Position numbers and translations under genes: made by a program. Below the pieces are notes generated by a model that had not been told where the DNA came from, did not search any database, and worked only from the letters and a program-made list of their open reading frames with translations. From the IMG/VR virus record IMGVR_UViG_2574179795_000001, positions 23,063-87,062 of that record: a stretch of DNA of 64,000 nucleotides; one strand, written 5' to 3'. Shown in pieces: positions 32,901 to 42,277 of this stretch. Within the stretch, counting starts at the first letter, position 1. Every line of letters starts with the position of its first letter. Origin of the DNA: a virus (taxonomy: Duplodnaviria; Caudoviricetes).

Positions 32901-35900
32901 TTGATGGTCAACGTCATCGTCTCCTCCGCAGGCACCTCGGGACCGGCCGGCACGGGCTGGCTGTCCGGAGTCGGCGCGCCCTCCAACTCCCTGGGCGTGG
33001 ACGGGGATTTCTACCTCGACACCTCCAACACGTCCGTCTACTACGGGCCGCGGACCGGCGGTGTCTGGGGTACGAGCCACGCGTTCGGTGGCGGTGGCGG
33101 TGGGGCGGTCGCCTCCGTCAACGGCCAGACCGGCGTCGTGGTCATCACCGCGGCCGGCCTCGGCGCGCTGCAGGTTGCCGACGACCTGAGCGACGTGGCG
33201 TCGCCGTCGACGGCCCGGACGAACCTCGGCCTGGGCGGAGCAGCCGTCCTCAACGTCGGCACGACTACCGGGACCGTGGCCGCAGGCGACGACTCCCGGA
33301 TCACCGGCGCAGCACAGAAGAGCGCCAACCTGTCCGACCTCGCGAGTGCCTCAACCGCCCGAACGAACCTGGGTCTTGGCGGCTCCGCCGTGCTCAACGT
33401 CGGTACCGGCGCCAGTACGGTCGCGGCTGGCAACGACACGCGAATCACCGGCGCACTGCAGGCCAGCAACAACCTCGCCGATGTCGCATCCGCCGCCACA
33501 TCGCGCACCAACCTCGGCCTGTCCGCTCTCGTCACCGCGAAGTCCAACCTGACCGCGACGACCAACCCGGCCGTCGGCAGCGACAACACCCTCGGCTACG
33601 CGGTCGGATCCGTGTGGATCAACACCGTCAGCACCATCGAGTACGTGTGCACCAACGCCGCGACCGGCGCCGCCGTGTGGACGCCGATCCTCCCCGTCGG
33701 CACCACCTCCGGCACCGTCGCGTCGGGCTCCGACTCCCGCATCACCGGGGCTCTGCAGGCCGCGAACAACCTGTCGGACGTCGCCAGCGCCGGTACCGCG
33801 CGCACCAACCTCGCCGTCCCGCCCGCCTCCCGTCAGGTCATTGCCGGGACCGGCCTCACCGGCGGCGGGGACCTCACCGCCGACCGGACCCTCGCCGTCA
33901 CCTATGGCGCCACCGCCGGCACTGCCGCGCAGGGCAACGACGCCCGCTTCGTCACGCCCGCAACGACGGTCGTCGCGGGGACCAGCTACGGCCAGTCCTC
34001 CACCGTCGGCGTCGACACCACCTACGCGCGTGAGGACCACACGCACGGCAGCCCCGCCCTGACGAGCAGCGCCCCCGCCGTGACCGAGGGCGTCGGCCAG
34101 GCGGCCGCTGTCGGCACCGCGACGACCCCGGCCCGTGCCGACCACGTGCACCCGCTCGCGGCGGCCGGAGCGCCCGCCGCGTCCGCGGTGACCAGCACCC
34201 AGACGACCGGCGTGGCAACGACGTTCTCCGCGTCTGACCACGTCCATGCCCGTGAAGGATTCGGCGCCGTCACCGCACAGACGAGCTTCGGCGCATCGTC
34301 GACCACCGGCACGGCAACGACCGTCGCGCACTCCGACCACGCCCACGGCACCCCGACGCTGACCCGCACCTGGGCCGGCCTGCTGACCCCGACCGCGGTG
34401 AAGACCGGCGCATACTCGGCCGCCGCGGGTGACTTCGTGCCGGTCGACACCACCGCAGGTGCCGTCACTGTGACCCTGCCGGCCGCGCCGGCGGACCTGA
34501 CGGTCGTCGCCGTGAAGCTGATCGCCACCGCAACCGTCCCAAACGCTGTCAGCGTGGTGACCGGCGGCTCGGACGTCTACAACAAGACCGGCGGCGCCAC
34601 CAGCCTGAGCCTGCAGCTCACCAGCCAGGCCGTACAGGTCCAGTACTCCGCAGGCCCGGCGATCTGGTACGTCCTCGACGACGACCTGCCTCTCGGCCAG
34701 CTCGACGCCCGCTACCAGCGGGTGATCACCGTGGCGACGGCGACCGGCGTGTCCGCGACGGACGCGGCGAACATCGCGGCCGCAGTGACCGCGGCCGGGA
34801 CCGGCGGGACGATCTACTTCCCGCAGGGCACCTACGTCGCCGACAGCCTCGCGCCGCTCAGCGGCCAGACCTGGTACGGCCCCGCGACGATCCAACGCCC
34901 CGCGTCCTCCACCAACTCGGTGATCACCGCGACCGGCATCAGCGGCTTCACGATGCGCGGGCTCACCGTCGACGGCAACCGATCCAACAGCACCGCAACC
35001 AGCAACGCCGCGATCTACCTCATCAACACCACCGGCACGCAGCTCATCGGCCTCACCATCCAGAACACGCCGGCGGCCAACGCCGGCATCATCCTGCGCG
35101 GCAGTGTGCGCGGCATCGTCGACGCATGCCAGCTCACCACCGTCGGCTACGGCATCCTGATCGGCCTCAACCACGGTGACGCGTACGCCTGCAACGCGAA
35201 CGTCATCCGCAACTGCCTGATCGACACGACCGACGCCGATGCGATCTTCCTCAGTGAGAACCTCGGCTCGACGACCAGCATCTCCGTGACCGGATCCGTA
35301 ATCGGCACCGTCGTGAGCGGCTGCACCGTCCGCAACTTCGGCGACTGCGGCATCGAGATCGGCAGCGGCACCGTCTACACCGAGGTCACCGGCTGCACGT
35401 TCGTCGGCATCAGCAACGGCGTCGGCAACAACGGCGTGCTGTTCCGCGACGCCGTCCACGGGTCCGTCACCGGATGTACCGTCTCCAACTTGACCAAGAC
35501 CGGCTCCACCGGCGTCTACATGGTCAACTTGAACGGTTCCAACCAGCACAACTCCGTCAACAACGTCGACTGCTACAACGTTGGCTACGGCTACATCGTC
35601 GTCGGCGGCACCTCCGGCGGCAGCGTCGGCACCGCCGCGATCGACATAGCGTTCAACGGCGGCGTCATCGACACGACCGCGATCGACGGGATCCACCTCA
35701 ACAACGTCAACGGCTTCAGCATCACCGGGACCCGGGTCCGCTCCGCCGGCCAACAGGGCATCAGCGTCGGCAAGTTCTCCACCTCGTCCGCGACCGACGG
35801 CGCGATCACCGGCGTCTCCGTCTTCAACTCCTCGCAGCTGACGACCGGCGACAGCGGCATCATTTTGTTCCAAAGCAGCGCCGACATCGTCATCAGCGGC

Positions 35901-36662
35901 TGCCGCATCGGTGACACCCAGGGCGGATCCAAGACGCAGGCGTACGGGATCAGGCTGTTCGACACCACCGTGTCGAACGTGACGATCAGCAACTGCGACC
36001 TGACCAACGGCGGCACCACCAGCAACTTCACGTCCGCGCCGCCCGCCGGCTCCGGCATCCAACTCCTCAACTGCATCGGCACCACCCCATCCGCGCTACC
36101 GACCGTCGTCACCCAACCCGGCGCCGCCGCCGAACCGTCCGACCACGGCCTCATCGCCTGGTCCTACGACGCCGGACTGGCCAGCCAGAGCAGCACCACC
36201 GTCTCCGGCGGCACCCTGTACCTCACCGCCGTCTACCCCAGGACGGCCTTCAACTCCACCAAGGTCTACTTCTCGGTCGCCACCGTAGGTGTCACCCCCA
36301 CCGCGGGCAACAACTGGATCGGCCTCTACAACCAGTCCGGGACCCTCCTCGCGAGCAAGGGCATCGACGCCAACGTCACCGCAGGCGTCGGCCTCCAAAC
36401 CATCACCTGGACCACCGCCACCGGCACCCAGCCCGCCGGCCAGTACTGGATCGGCTTCTTCTTCAACGCCGGAACCGAGCCGACCCTCTACAGGGCGCCA
36501 ACCCCGGCCGACAACGCCACCCAGAACGTGAACCTCACGACCACCAACTACCGCATGTGCCAACAGGCGTCCGGGTTCACCACCGCCCTGCCATCCCCAC
36601 TCACCGTCGCCAGCAACTCCATCAGCGGCTCCCCCCGCCTGTGGTGGGTCGCCCTCGGCTGA
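32901..36662 (+). CDS. Large fibre/tailspike-like protein with right-handed beta-helix (1253 aa)
   Basis: GPAGTGWLSG..DGDFYLD head; four NLSDxASxxTARTNLxL-type repeats; four DHxH repeats; GTIYFPQGTY and beta-helix repeats; C-terminal domain shared with 59025-61085. Confidence 0.85.
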   Translation: MMVNVIVSSAGTSGPAGTGWLSGVGAPSNSLGVDGDFYLDTSNTSVYYGPRTGGVWGTSHAFGGGGGGAVASVNGQTGVVVITAAGLGALQVADDLSDVASPSTARTNLGLGGAAVLNVGTTTGTVAAGDDSRITGAAQKSANLSDLASASTARTNLGLGGSAVLNVGTGASTVAAGNDTRITGALQASNNLADVASAATSRTNLGLSALVTAKSNLTATTNPAVGSDNTLGYAVGSVWINTVSTIEYVCTNAATGAAVWTPILPVGTTSGTVASGSDSRITGALQAANNLSDVASAGTARTNLAVPPASRQVIAGTGLTGGGDLTADRTLAVTYGATAGTAAQGNDARFVTPATTVVAGTSYGQSSTVGVDTTYAREDHTHGSPALTSSAPAVTEGVGQAAAVGTATTPARADHVHPLAAAGAPAASAVTSTQTTGVATTFSASDHVHAREGFGAVTAQTSFGASSTTGTATTVAHSDHAHGTPTLTRTWAGLLTPTAVKTGAYSAAAGDFVPVDTTAGAVTVTLPAAPADLTVVAVKLIATATVPNAVSVVTGGSDVYNKTGGATSLSLQLTSQAVQVQYSAGPAIWYVLDDDLPLGQLDARYQRVITVATATGVSATDAANIAAAVTAAGTGGTIYFPQGTYVADSLAPLSGQTWYGPATIQRPASSTNSVITATGISGFTMRGLTVDGNRSNSTATSNAAIYLINTTGTQLIGLTIQNTPAANAGIILRGSVRGIVDACQLTTVGYGILIGLNHGDAYACNANVIRNCLIDTTDADAIFLSENLGSTTSISVTGSVIGTVVSGCTVRNFGDCGIEIGSGTVYTEVTGCTFVGISNGVGNNGVLFRDAVHGSVTGCTVSNLTKTGSTGVYMVNLNGSNQHNSVNNVDCYNVGYGYIVVGGTSGGSVGTAAIDIAFNGGVIDTTAIDGIHLNNVNGFSITGTRVRSAGQQGISVGKFSTSSATDGAITGVSVFNSSQLTTGDSGIILFQSSADIVISGCRIGDTQGGSKTQAYGIRLFDTTVSNVTISNCDLTNGGTTSNFTSAPPAGSGIQLLNCIGTTPSALPTVVTQPGAAAEPSDHGLIAWSYDAGLASQSSTTVSGGTLYLTAVYPRTAFNSTKVYFSVATVGVTPTAGNNWIGLYNQSGTLLASKGIDANVTAGVGLQTITWTTATGTQPAGQYWIGFFFNAGTEPTLYRAPTPADNATQNVNLTTTNYRMCQQASGFTTALPSPLTVASNSISGSPRLWWVALG

Positions 36663-36675
36663 CAGGGAGGCGATC

Positions 36676-37446
36676 GTGACCCTCGCCCACCCCGTCCCCG
36701 AAGAACGCCGCTGCAAAGCCACCCTCAGCCCAGACCACCCCACCAGACCAGGCGAGCGCTGCTCCAAGCGACGCGTGGACGGCGAAGAGTACTGCTGGTC
36801 GCACGGCCCCGACGGGCCCCCGCCCGACCACCGCCGCTGCAAGGGCAACTACAGGCCCAGCCACAAGACGTACCCCGGCGAGCGCTGCCGACAGCCCGTC
36901 ATGAGGTACCAGACGGTCTGCATCGCCCACGGCGGCAGGCTGCCCAACAATCTCCTGGGGGCCCGCAGGCGGGCCACCGAGGAGCGCTGCCGGAAGTTGG
37001 TGACGATGTACGGCCGAAAGATCGAAACGACCGCCACTGAAGCGCTCCTCGACGAAGTCCAGTGGACTGCCGGGCACGTCGCATGGTTGCGCGAACGCGT
37101 CCAGGAACTCGAAGCCGGCACGCCCATCACAGCAGGCCCCGAACATCCCCTCGTCTGGGGCACCGTCCGCCGCAAGACCGGCGGCCAGGACTGGGGCGAG
37201 ACCGAAGAAGCAGGCCCGACCGTCTGGGTCAAGCTGTACCAGCAGGAACGCGCCCACCTCGTCAAGGTCTGCGGCGAGGCCATCCGCGCCGGCATCGAAG
37301 AACGCCGCGTCAAGTTGGCCGAGAGCCAAGGAGCGCTGGTCGCCCAGGCCATCCGCAAGATCCTCGACGACCTCGACCTCACAGCCGAGCAGGCCGCCCG
37401 CGTTCACGACATCGTCCCCCGACACCTACGCGCCATCGCAGGCTGA
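36676..37446 (+). CDS. terS: Terminase small subunit (two Cys3-His fingers, HGG motif)
   Basis: RC...RC...C.SHG and RC...RC...CIAHGG; WVKLYQQERAHL...GIEERRV; directly before TerL. Confidence 0.8.
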   Translation: MTLAHPVPEERRCKATLSPDHPTRPGERCSKRRVDGEEYCWSHGPDGPPPDHRRCKGNYRPSHKTYPGERCRQPVMRYQTVCIAHGGRLPNNLLGARRRATEERCRKLVTMYGRKIETTATEALLDEVQWTAGHVAWLRERVQELEAGTPITAGPEHPLVWGTVRRKTGGQDWGETEEAGPTVWVKLYQQERAHLVKVCGEAIRAGIEERRVKLAESQGALVAQAIRKILDDLDLTAEQAARVHDIVPRHLRAIAG

Positions 37447-37461
37447 CCCAGGGAGGCGGAG

Positions 37462-38856
37462 GTGACCGCCACCCAGGACTGGCTTGAGTACGCAGCCAAG
37501 GACTTCGAGGTTGCCCGGCCCCCGCAGTGGCGGAAGATCGCCCGCCCCGAACAGCTCGCCCCGGACGGTATCTGGCTCACCTGGGCCTACGTCGCAGGAC
37601 GCGGCGCCGGCAAGACCCGCTCCGCCGCCGAGTGGGTCCACGAGAAAGCCATGCTCAACCCGGGCGTACGCATCGCCCTCGTCGGCCGCACCCCCGCCGA
37701 CGTCCGCGACGTCATGATCGAAGGCGAATCGGGAATCATCGCCATCGCGCACGGCGACGCCCCCAACTACCAGTCCACGAAGCGTCGGCTGACCTGGCCC
37801 AACGGCTCCACCGCCCACACCTACTCCGCCGAGGTCCCCTCACAACTCCGCGGCCCGCAGCACCACTTCGCCTGGTGCGACGAACCTGCGGCCTGGACCG
37901 ACGCCCCCAAGGGCGACGCCCTGGACACCGCCTGGAACAACCTCGTCCTCGGGCTACGGCTCGGCCAGTCGCCGCAGTGCGTGTTCACGACCACCCCGAA
38001 GCCCAACGCCCTGATCCGCACCATCCTCGGACGCCGCTCCACGGTCGTCACCCGCGGCTCGACCTACGACAACCTCGGGAACCTCGCACCGAGCTTCCGC
38101 GAGGAAGTCCTTGCCACCTACGAGGGCACCCGCATCGGCCGCCAAGAACTCCTCGGGGAACTCCTCGACGACGTCGAAGGCGCCCTTTGGACCATCGGCC
38201 TCCTCGACGAAGACCGCGTCACGGCGCCACCGGACATGCGGCGCATCGTCGTCGCCATCGACCCCTCGGGCGGCTCCGGCCCCAACAACGACGAACAGGG
38301 CATCATCGTCGCCGGCCTCGGCATCGACGGCGCCCTGTACGTCCTCGCCGACCGATCCTGCTCCCTATCACCCCACGGCTGGGCATCACGAGCTGTCGGC
38401 GCCTACCGCGAGTTCAACGCGGACCGGATCATCGCCGAGAAGAACTACGGCGGCGACATGGTCGAATCGACGATCCGCCAGGTCGACACCAACGTCCCCG
38501 TCAAGGTCATCACCGCGTCCCGCGGCAAAGTCCAACGCGCCGAACCCGTCGCCGCCCTCTACGAGCAGCACCGCGTCCACCACGTCGGCGCCATGCCCAA
38601 GCTCGAAGACCAGATGACGACCTGGACACCACAGGACGGCACCAGTCCCGACCGGCTCGACGCTCTCGTCTGGGCGGTGACCGAACTGACCGACAACTTC
38701 CAAGCCCAGGCATGGATCGAGTACATGCGCCGCCACGCCGAAGCCCAGCAGGTGACACCTGTGGAGCCTCAAGAGCAAACCGAGCCTGCGGTCGAAGACC
38801 CCGCCACCGTCCAGCAGCGAGCCCGAGACGCCGCCTTCCGAGCTGCACGCCGATAA
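37462..38856 (+). CDS. terL: Terminase large subunit
   Basis: AGRGAGKT (Walker A), LRGPQHHFAWCDE (Walker B), VAIDPS and SPDRLDALVWA nuclease motifs. Confidence 0.95.
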   Translation: MTATQDWLEYAAKDFEVARPPQWRKIARPEQLAPDGIWLTWAYVAGRGAGKTRSAAEWVHEKAMLNPGVRIALVGRTPADVRDVMIEGESGIIAIAHGDAPNYQSTKRRLTWPNGSTAHTYSAEVPSQLRGPQHHFAWCDEPAAWTDAPKGDALDTAWNNLVLGLRLGQSPQCVFTTTPKPNALIRTILGRRSTVVTRGSTYDNLGNLAPSFREEVLATYEGTRIGRQELLGELLDDVEGALWTIGLLDEDRVTAPPDMRRIVVAIDPSGGSGPNNDEQGIIVAGLGIDGALYVLADRSCSLSPHGWASRAVGAYREFNADRIIAEKNYGGDMVESTIRQVDTNVPVKVITASRGKVQRAEPVAALYEQHRVHHVGAMPKLEDQMTTWTPQDGTSPDRLDALVWAVTELTDNFQAQAWIEYMRRHAEAQQVTPVEPQEQTEPAVEDPATVQQRARDAAFRAARR

Positions 38857-38870
38857 CCAAGGGGGTCCCC

Positions 38871-41800
38871 GTGCCCGACCCCCGCCGCCTCGCCAAGACC
38901 TTCGGGTCAAGCGTGCCCGCCACAATGTCCGCTGGCGAGAGCGCCGCGCTGATGACGCCCGCCAAGCCGTTCTCGCCCGGCATACCCATCAGCCCGTACG
39001 ACGGCTACTCCCGCACTCCCCGCGCCCACGAGTACGTCACCAACTACAACACCAGTGCCCGCCCCCGCTCCCATGAGCGGGTCAGTTTCGACACCCTCCG
39101 CGGTCTCATCGAGTCGTACGACGTGGCGCAGATGTGCATCTGGCACCGGATTGACTCGATCCGGTCTCTGGACTGGTCGCTGGTCGCTGCCCCGCACTTC
39201 GACGGCGACGTGGCTGACGCAATCAACATCGGCATGGCCGCCCTGTCCAAGCCCGACCGTCAGACCCCTTTCTCCAGCTGGCTGTCCGCCTACCTGTACG
39301 ACGTACTCGCCTACGACGCAGGCGCCCTCTACCGGCTCCGCAACCGGCGCGGCGACGCGATCGGGCTCATGAACGTCGACGGCACCACGATCGCACCCCT
39401 GCTGGACTACTGGGGTCGCTCTCCCGGGGACGGCGCGGAAGCCTATGTGCAGTACGCGAACGGGCTGCCGTGGAACTGGCTGACCCGATCCGATCTGATC
39501 TACGAGCCGTTCCGGAAGCGCCCGAACTCGCCGTACGGGTTGGCGCCGCTCGAAACAATCATCTTGAATGCCAACACGGACATCCGCTTCCAGGTCTATT
39601 TTTTGGAGCGGTTCACCGAGGGCAACATCCCTCAGGCATTCGCCTCAGCGCCCGAATCCTGGTCGCCCGACCAGATCGAGCAGTGGCAGACGCTGTGGGA
39701 CTCCTTCATGGCCGGCGACCAGGCCGCCAAGCACACCATCAAGTGGATGCCCGGCGGCTCCACGATCGCCTGGTCGAACGAGAAGGACTTCACCGACGCC
39801 TTCTCACTCTTCCTCATGAGGAAGACCGCGGCCGCCTTTCACGTCGTCCCGTCCGACCTCGGGTTCACCGAGAACGTCAACCTGTCTTCCGGCGAGTCGC
39901 AGGCCGACGTCCAGCACCGCGTCGGCGACCTGCCGCTGATCCGCCACATCCAGCACATCCTCACCAGCTTCCTGCAAGACGACCTGCACCTCCCCGTCGC
40001 GTTCACGTTCGATCTCGGCGAAGAGCAGGCCGACCGCCTCCAGCAGGCCCAAGCCGACCAGATCTACATCCAGAATGGCGTGATCGGCGCATCCGACATC
40101 CGCGCCATGCGGTACGGGCTGGAGGAACCCGAGGGCGTGCCCGTCCCCCGGTACATCTTCACGGCCCACGGCGGCCCCATCCCGCTGGCTTCCCTGTATG
40201 CAGTCGCAGGACAGCTCGACCCTGCAACTGCCGCGCCGCTGCCGGGCGCCGCGCTGCCGCACACCGCCTTCGCCGGCGCCGAGGGGGTCGTGCCGAACCC
40301 GCCGATCATGGTGGCGCCGCTCGCCGAGCAGGAGTACGGTCCGGCCGCTCTCCCGCCGGCCCCGCCTCCGCAGCCCGCAGCGCCCGAGCCTGTGGCGAAA
40401 AGCGAAACTGCGGGCATCACCAGCACGACCGGCATCACCGGTTACGACCTCGACGACGACGAGGACGAGCAGAGCAAGGAGCAGCTCACCAAGGCCGAAC
40501 TCGCCGCGTTCCGTAAGTTCGCCAAGTCCCGCCTACGGGCAGCGAAGTGGCGGGACTTCGAGTTCCGCACCATCAGTCCCGTCCGCGCGCGGCGCCTCAA
40601 CCAGGCCGGAAGGCTCACCCTTCGCAAGGCGGAGGGCGACGTCGCCGTCGCAGGACTCGCAATCCAGGCCGCCGACACCGGCCGCGTGCTGATGCTGCAG
40701 CGGGCCCTCGACCCCGACGATCCGGCAGCCGGCACGTGGGAGTTCCCCGGAGGTCACCTCGAAGGCGAGGAGACCCCACTCCAAGGGGCGTGGCGGGAAT
40801 GGGCCGAGGAGACCAACCGCATCCCGCCCCCCGGCATCCAGACCGGCTCATGGGCCAGCGCCGATGGCATCTACCAGGGCATCGTCTGGAGCGTCGACTC
40901 CGAGAACTGCGTGCCCCTGGACGGCCGCGGCCAGGTGTCGAACCCGGACGACCCGGACGGCGACTGCATCGAGGCGATCGCCTGGTGGTCACCCGACCAG
41001 CTCGCCGGGAACCCGGCGGTGCGGCCGGAACTGCTGGCCAGCCTGCCGGATGTGCTCACTGCCCTCGGCATCGAGGCGGACGACAGCTCGGCCGAACTGG
41101 CGAAGGCGGCTGCCAACCCAAAAGGCTCGGCCCCTGACGGGGCCTGGCCTGGATGGGAACTGGACCTGGCAGTCGCCGCGCACTGGGCGCCGCTCATCGC
41201 CGAGGCCATCACCGGGGTCCTGACTGCCGACAAGGCGCGCCAACTGGTCACCAGCTACGCCGCCCAGGCGAACACCAGTGACGCCCTCACCTGGCTCAAC
41301 GGGCAGGGCATCGACCTGGCCGCCCCGCTCGTCCCCGTCCTGGCCGGGCTCGCCACCGACGCCTACCTCCTCGGGACAGCTTCGGCACAGGCTGCCGCCA
41401 GCGGCGGCGAGATGCAGCTCGGCGACTGGGAGCCAGGCCGCACCGATACGGCCCAGGATCGGATCGAGGAACTCGGGGCGGCGACCGGACTGGCCGCCGT
41501 CCTCGCCGCGGTGCCAGCCCTCGCCGACCGGGTCGCCGCCTCACGGATGAAGGACGCCGCCCGCGCCCTGTCCTCGGGCGCGGCCGCCGGAGACACCCCG
41601 GATGCCATCACCGACGCAGTCACCACCGCAGCCTCAGCCCCCAGCACAGCCGAGGCCGTGACCGTCACCGAGACCACCCGCGGATCCGGCGCCGCAGCCC
41701 TCGACTACTACACCCAGCAGGGCATCACCACCACACGCTGGCTCACCGAGCCGGACGGCCGCGTCTGCCCGGCATGCGACGCCAACGCCGCCGCCGGCCG

Positions 41801-41885
41801 CCAGGCCGTCGGGGCAACTTACCCGAGCGGCGACACTTCGCCGCCCGCCCACCCGAACTGCCGGTGCGCCCTCGCCCCCGCCTAG
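38871..41885 (+). CDS. Portal protein fused to NUDIX hydrolase and MuF-like head morphogenesis domain (1004 aa)
   Basis: GTG after AAGGGGG; portal motifs (VLAYDAGALY, YGLAPLE, AAFHVVPSDLG); Nudix box GGHLEGEETPLQGAWREWAEET; WLT...VCPAC...PPAHPNCRC. Confidence 0.88.
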   Translation: MPDPRRLAKTFGSSVPATMSAGESAALMTPAKPFSPGIPISPYDGYSRTPRAHEYVTNYNTSARPRSHERVSFDTLRGLIESYDVAQMCIWHRIDSIRSLDWSLVAAPHFDGDVADAINIGMAALSKPDRQTPFSSWLSAYLYDVLAYDAGALYRLRNRRGDAIGLMNVDGTTIAPLLDYWGRSPGDGAEAYVQYANGLPWNWLTRSDLIYEPFRKRPNSPYGLAPLETIILNANTDIRFQVYFLERFTEGNIPQAFASAPESWSPDQIEQWQTLWDSFMAGDQAAKHTIKWMPGGSTIAWSNEKDFTDAFSLFLMRKTAAAFHVVPSDLGFTENVNLSSGESQADVQHRVGDLPLIRHIQHILTSFLQDDLHLPVAFTFDLGEEQADRLQQAQADQIYIQNGVIGASDIRAMRYGLEEPEGVPVPRYIFTAHGGPIPLASLYAVAGQLDPATAAPLPGAALPHTAFAGAEGVVPNPPIMVAPLAEQEYGPAALPPAPPPQPAAPEPVAKSETAGITSTTGITGYDLDDDEDEQSKEQLTKAELAAFRKFAKSRLRAAKWRDFEFRTISPVRARRLNQAGRLTLRKAEGDVAVAGLAIQAADTGRVLMLQRALDPDDPAAGTWEFPGGHLEGEETPLQGAWREWAEETNRIPPPGIQTGSWASADGIYQGIVWSVDSENCVPLDGRGQVSNPDDPDGDCIEAIAWWSPDQLAGNPAVRPELLASLPDVLTALGIEADDSSAELAKAAANPKGSAPDGAWPGWELDLAVAAHWAPLIAEAITGVLTADKARQLVTSYAAQANTSDALTWLNGQGIDLAAPLVPVLAGLATDAYLLGTASAQAAASGGEMQLGDWEPGRTDTAQDRIEELGAATGLAAVLAAVPALADRVAASRMKDAARALSSGAAAGDTPDAITDAVTTAASAPSTAEAVTVTETTRGSGAAALDYYTQQGITTTRWLTEPDGRVCPACDANAAAGRQAVGATYPSGDTSPPAHPNCRCALAPA

Positions 41886-41893
41886 GAGGTGCC

Positions 41894-42277
41894 GTGAACG
41901 ACCAACCCCAGCGCTACGTCCTAGGGATCGCCTACCAGGCCGGCCCCGACCCGCGGATCCAGCGGGGCGCCGACGGCGGCCGCGACTTCTTCTCCGAGGA
42001 CGAACTGGAGAAGGCCGCATGGGGATTCCTGCAAAAGGGCGCCCAAGTCGGCCTCTTCCACGGCCCCGAGGAGTCGATCGGGGCCGCAACCGTCGTCGAG
42101 TCATACATCTGGCGCGCCGAACCCTGGGACCTCGGCAACGGCACCGTCGTCCGCAAAGGTGACTGGCTGATCGGCGCGATCCTCGACGAGCCCGCCTGGC
42201 AGCTCTACAAGTCCGGGCGCGTAACTGGCTGGTCGCCCCAGGGCTCAGCACGCCGCATCACGAACCGGAGCAGCTGA
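41894..42277 (+). CDS. XkdF-like prohead serine protease core (127 aa)
   Basis: YVLGIAYQA, ELEKAAWGFL, LFHG, VVESY, KGDWLIG, TGWSPQG. Confidence 0.85.
   Translation: MNDQPQRYVLGIAYQAGPDPRIQRGADGGRDFFSEDELEKAAWGFLQKGAQVGLFHGPEESIGAATVVESYIWRAEPWDLGNGTVVRKGDWLIGAILDEPAWQLYKSGRVTGWSPQGSARRITNRSS

Noticed and set aside
33351-36062. 903-aa minus-strand ORF and many other long antisense or off-frame ORFs (e.g. 12584..13960, 27944..29209, 42205..44001, 57269..59125)
   Set aside because: They are shadows of real high-GC genes: stop-poor frames, Arg/Gly/Pro-rich, no motifs.
37527-38870. ORF track shows a 1452-aa ORF overlapping all of terL and running into the portal
   Set aside because: The upstream 448 codons are Arg/Pro-rich off-frame text over terL, a typical high-GC shadow. 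The real start is the GTG at 38871 with an SD.
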